NCBI GenBank assembly: GCA_000708835.1
Contig: DF237656.1
Span: forward strand, 1-42,615
Source: Klebsormidium nitens
Taxonomy: Eukaryota; Plantae; Klebsormidiophyceae
DNA: 42,615 bases
Direction of reading: 5' to 3'
The position numbers and the translations under genes are program-made. Positions 41,153-42,615 of this stretch are shown piece by piece. The notes beneath the pieces were generated by a model. That model saw only the letters and a program-made list of their open reading frames with translations, did not search any database and was not told where the DNA came from. The stretch's first letter is position 1, and each line of letters opens with the position of its first letter.

Positions 41153-42615
41153 CTATTGCTCCCCTTCCGAGTCTAATGCTTCTTCGGTCGGCTCGAGCAG
41201 ACCTATACCTTTGTAACCAGTGGTATTGATTCGTTTGATTTTTACTCCGAGCGAATACACGACTNNNNNNNNNNNNNNNNNNNNNNNNNNNNNNNNNNNN
41301 NNNNNNNNNNNNNNNNNNNNNNNNNNNNNNNNNNNNNNNNNNNNNNNNNNNNNNNNNNNNNNNNNNNNNNNNNNNNNNNNNNNNNNNNNNNNNNNNNNNN
41401 NNNNNNNNNNNNNNNNNNNNNNNNNNNNNNNNNNNNNNNNNNNNNNNNNNNNNNNNNNNNNNNNNNNNNNNNNNNNNNNNNNNNNNNNNNNNNNNNNNNN
41501 NNNNNNNNNNNNNNNNNNNNNNNNNNNNNNNNNNNNNNNNNNNNNNNNNNNNNNNNNNNNNNNNNNNNNNNNNNNNNNNNNNNNNNNNNNNNNNNNNNNN
41601 NNNNNNNNNNNNNNNNNNNNNNNNNNNNNNNNNNNNNNNNNNNNNNNNNNNNNNNNNNNNNNNNNNNNNNNNNNNNNNNNNNNNNNNNNNNNNNNNNNNN
41701 NNNNNNNNNNNNNNNNNNNNNNNNNNNNNNNNNNNNNNNNNNNNNNNNNNNNNNNNNNNNNNNNNNNNNNNNNNNNNNNNNNNNNNNNNNNNNNNNNNNN
41801 NNNNNNNNNNNNNNNNNNNNNNNNNNNNNNNNNNNNNNNNNNNNNNNNNNNNNNNNNNNNNNNNNNNNNNNNNNNNNNNNNNNNNNNNNNNNNNNNNNNN
41901 NNNNNNNNNNNNNNNNNNNNNNNNNNNNNNNNNNNNNNNNNNNNNNNNNNNNNNTAACCAGTGGTATTGATTCGTTTGATTTTTACTCCGAGCGAATACA
42001 CGACTCCATTCGGAATGAGTGTCCGCATCAATGTCTTGAAGTCATTCTCGATCATGGGCCGTTGGAGCCTGCCCATGTATATCTCGTACGCCTCCTTCAG
42101 TGGCCTGACGTGGCACCTCTCGCTCGGCTGTATGATGCATCTGTCCATGATAAAATTTCCAAAATGGTCGTTGTCATTCGAATAGCTCTCGAGCGCCTTG
42201 CTCATGGCCGGGGGCAACTCTTCGACCGTCGGTAGAGTGCCCCGCTCGTACCACTTCATGCTGCCACGCACCAACCAAGCTAGCATCTGCTTCCTCCACT
42301 CTGGGGTCTTGATCTTGTCCATGAGATCGGTGTCTCGTAATCTCTGGTTGGTTCCAGGCCTCGGGTTCTCCACAAACTCGTGCTCGAATGGAAAGATCCT
42401 CAGCTTGTTGAGGGTACCCGTGTCTCCTGCATTGAACTTTGGCAATGAGTTGGTGCATATGATCGGTAGGCACCTCATAGTGACTTCAACGGGGTCCTTG
42501 TGCAGCCCTCGTACGGTCATGCTCCCATCGCCGGATGCAATTGCCTTCACCGATGCACCATTGTATATATCTGAGTCCTCGGTCTCTTCGAGGACAGCGA
42601 TATGCGCTCCATCAA
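41153..42615 (-). CDS. C-terminal part of a D5/P4-family primase-helicase (SF3 helicase); gene begins beyond the right edge of the window
   Basis: The frame is open from the window edge: GAHIAVLEE (Walker B), YNGASVKAIASGD...VRGLHKDP (motif B'), LPIICTNSLPKF (motif C/sensor), NKLRIFPF, LAWLVRG, and C-terminal TTGYKGIGL. No introns in the visible part. Confidence 0.85.
   Translation of the reverse strand, partial: DGAHIAVLEETEDSDIYNGASVKAIASGDGSMTVRGLHKDPVEVTMRCLPIICTNSLPKFNAGDTGTLNKLRIFPFEHEFVENPRPGTNQRLRDTDLMDKIKTPEWRKQMLAWLVRGSMKWYERGTLPTVEELPPAMSKALESYSNDNDHFGNFIMDRCIIQPSERCHVRPLKEAYEIYMGRLQRPMIENDFKTLMRTLIPNGVVYSLGVKIKRINTTGXXXXXXXXXXXXXXXXXXXXXXXXXXXXXXXXXXXXXXXXXXXXXXXXXXXXXXXXXXXXXXXXXXXXXXXXXXXXXXXXXXXXXXXXXXXXXXXXXXXXXXXXXXXXXXXXXXXXXXXXXXXXXXXXXXXXXXXXXXXXXXXXXXXXXXXXXXXXXXXXXXXXXXXXXXXXXXXXXXXXXXXXXXXXXXXXXXXXXXXXXXXXXXXXXXXXXXXXXXXXXXXXXXXXXXXVVYSLGVKIKRINTTGYKGIGLLEPTEEALDSEGEQ
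41265..41954. other. Assembly gap (690 N) with duplicated flanks
   Basis: 51 nt at 41214-41264 are repeated exactly at 41955-42005. Collapsing them gives ...IPNGVVYSLGVKIKRINTTGYKGIGL. Confidence 0.9.

Noticed and set aside
41214-42005. Apparent 230-residue insertion in the D5 helicase
   Set aside because: Exact 51-nt duplicated flanks around the Ns indicate a false gap; the poly-X ORFs are artefacts.

Overview
Intron-rich eukaryotic DNA with GC3-rich exons and plant-type genes. A streptophyte alga such as Klebsormidium is an inference from gene content and style. Five spliced host genes can be assembled exon by exon: a PPR-like organellar protein (+), a two-AN1 zinc-finger protein (-), Rab geranylgeranyltransferase beta (+), a 10-exon GH17 beta-1,3-glucanase with X8 domain and GPI-type tail (-), and a large, divergent LmbE/PIG-L-like deacetylase (+). 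There is also an intronless BTB/POZ gene broken by three frameshifts and a TA-flanked MITE. The right end is mobile-element-like: a SWIM-SWIM-CxC-KDZ transposase gene lies tail-to-tail with a D5/P4-type SF3 helicase, with an origin-like spacer between them. The strongest unexplained pattern is in four host genes, whose introns carry tandem degenerate copies ('echoes') of the adjacent splice junction plus 25-90 nt of exon. Several of the best-preserved echoes differ from the functional exon almost only at synonymous positions. Two N gaps have duplicated flanks and look like assembly artefacts.
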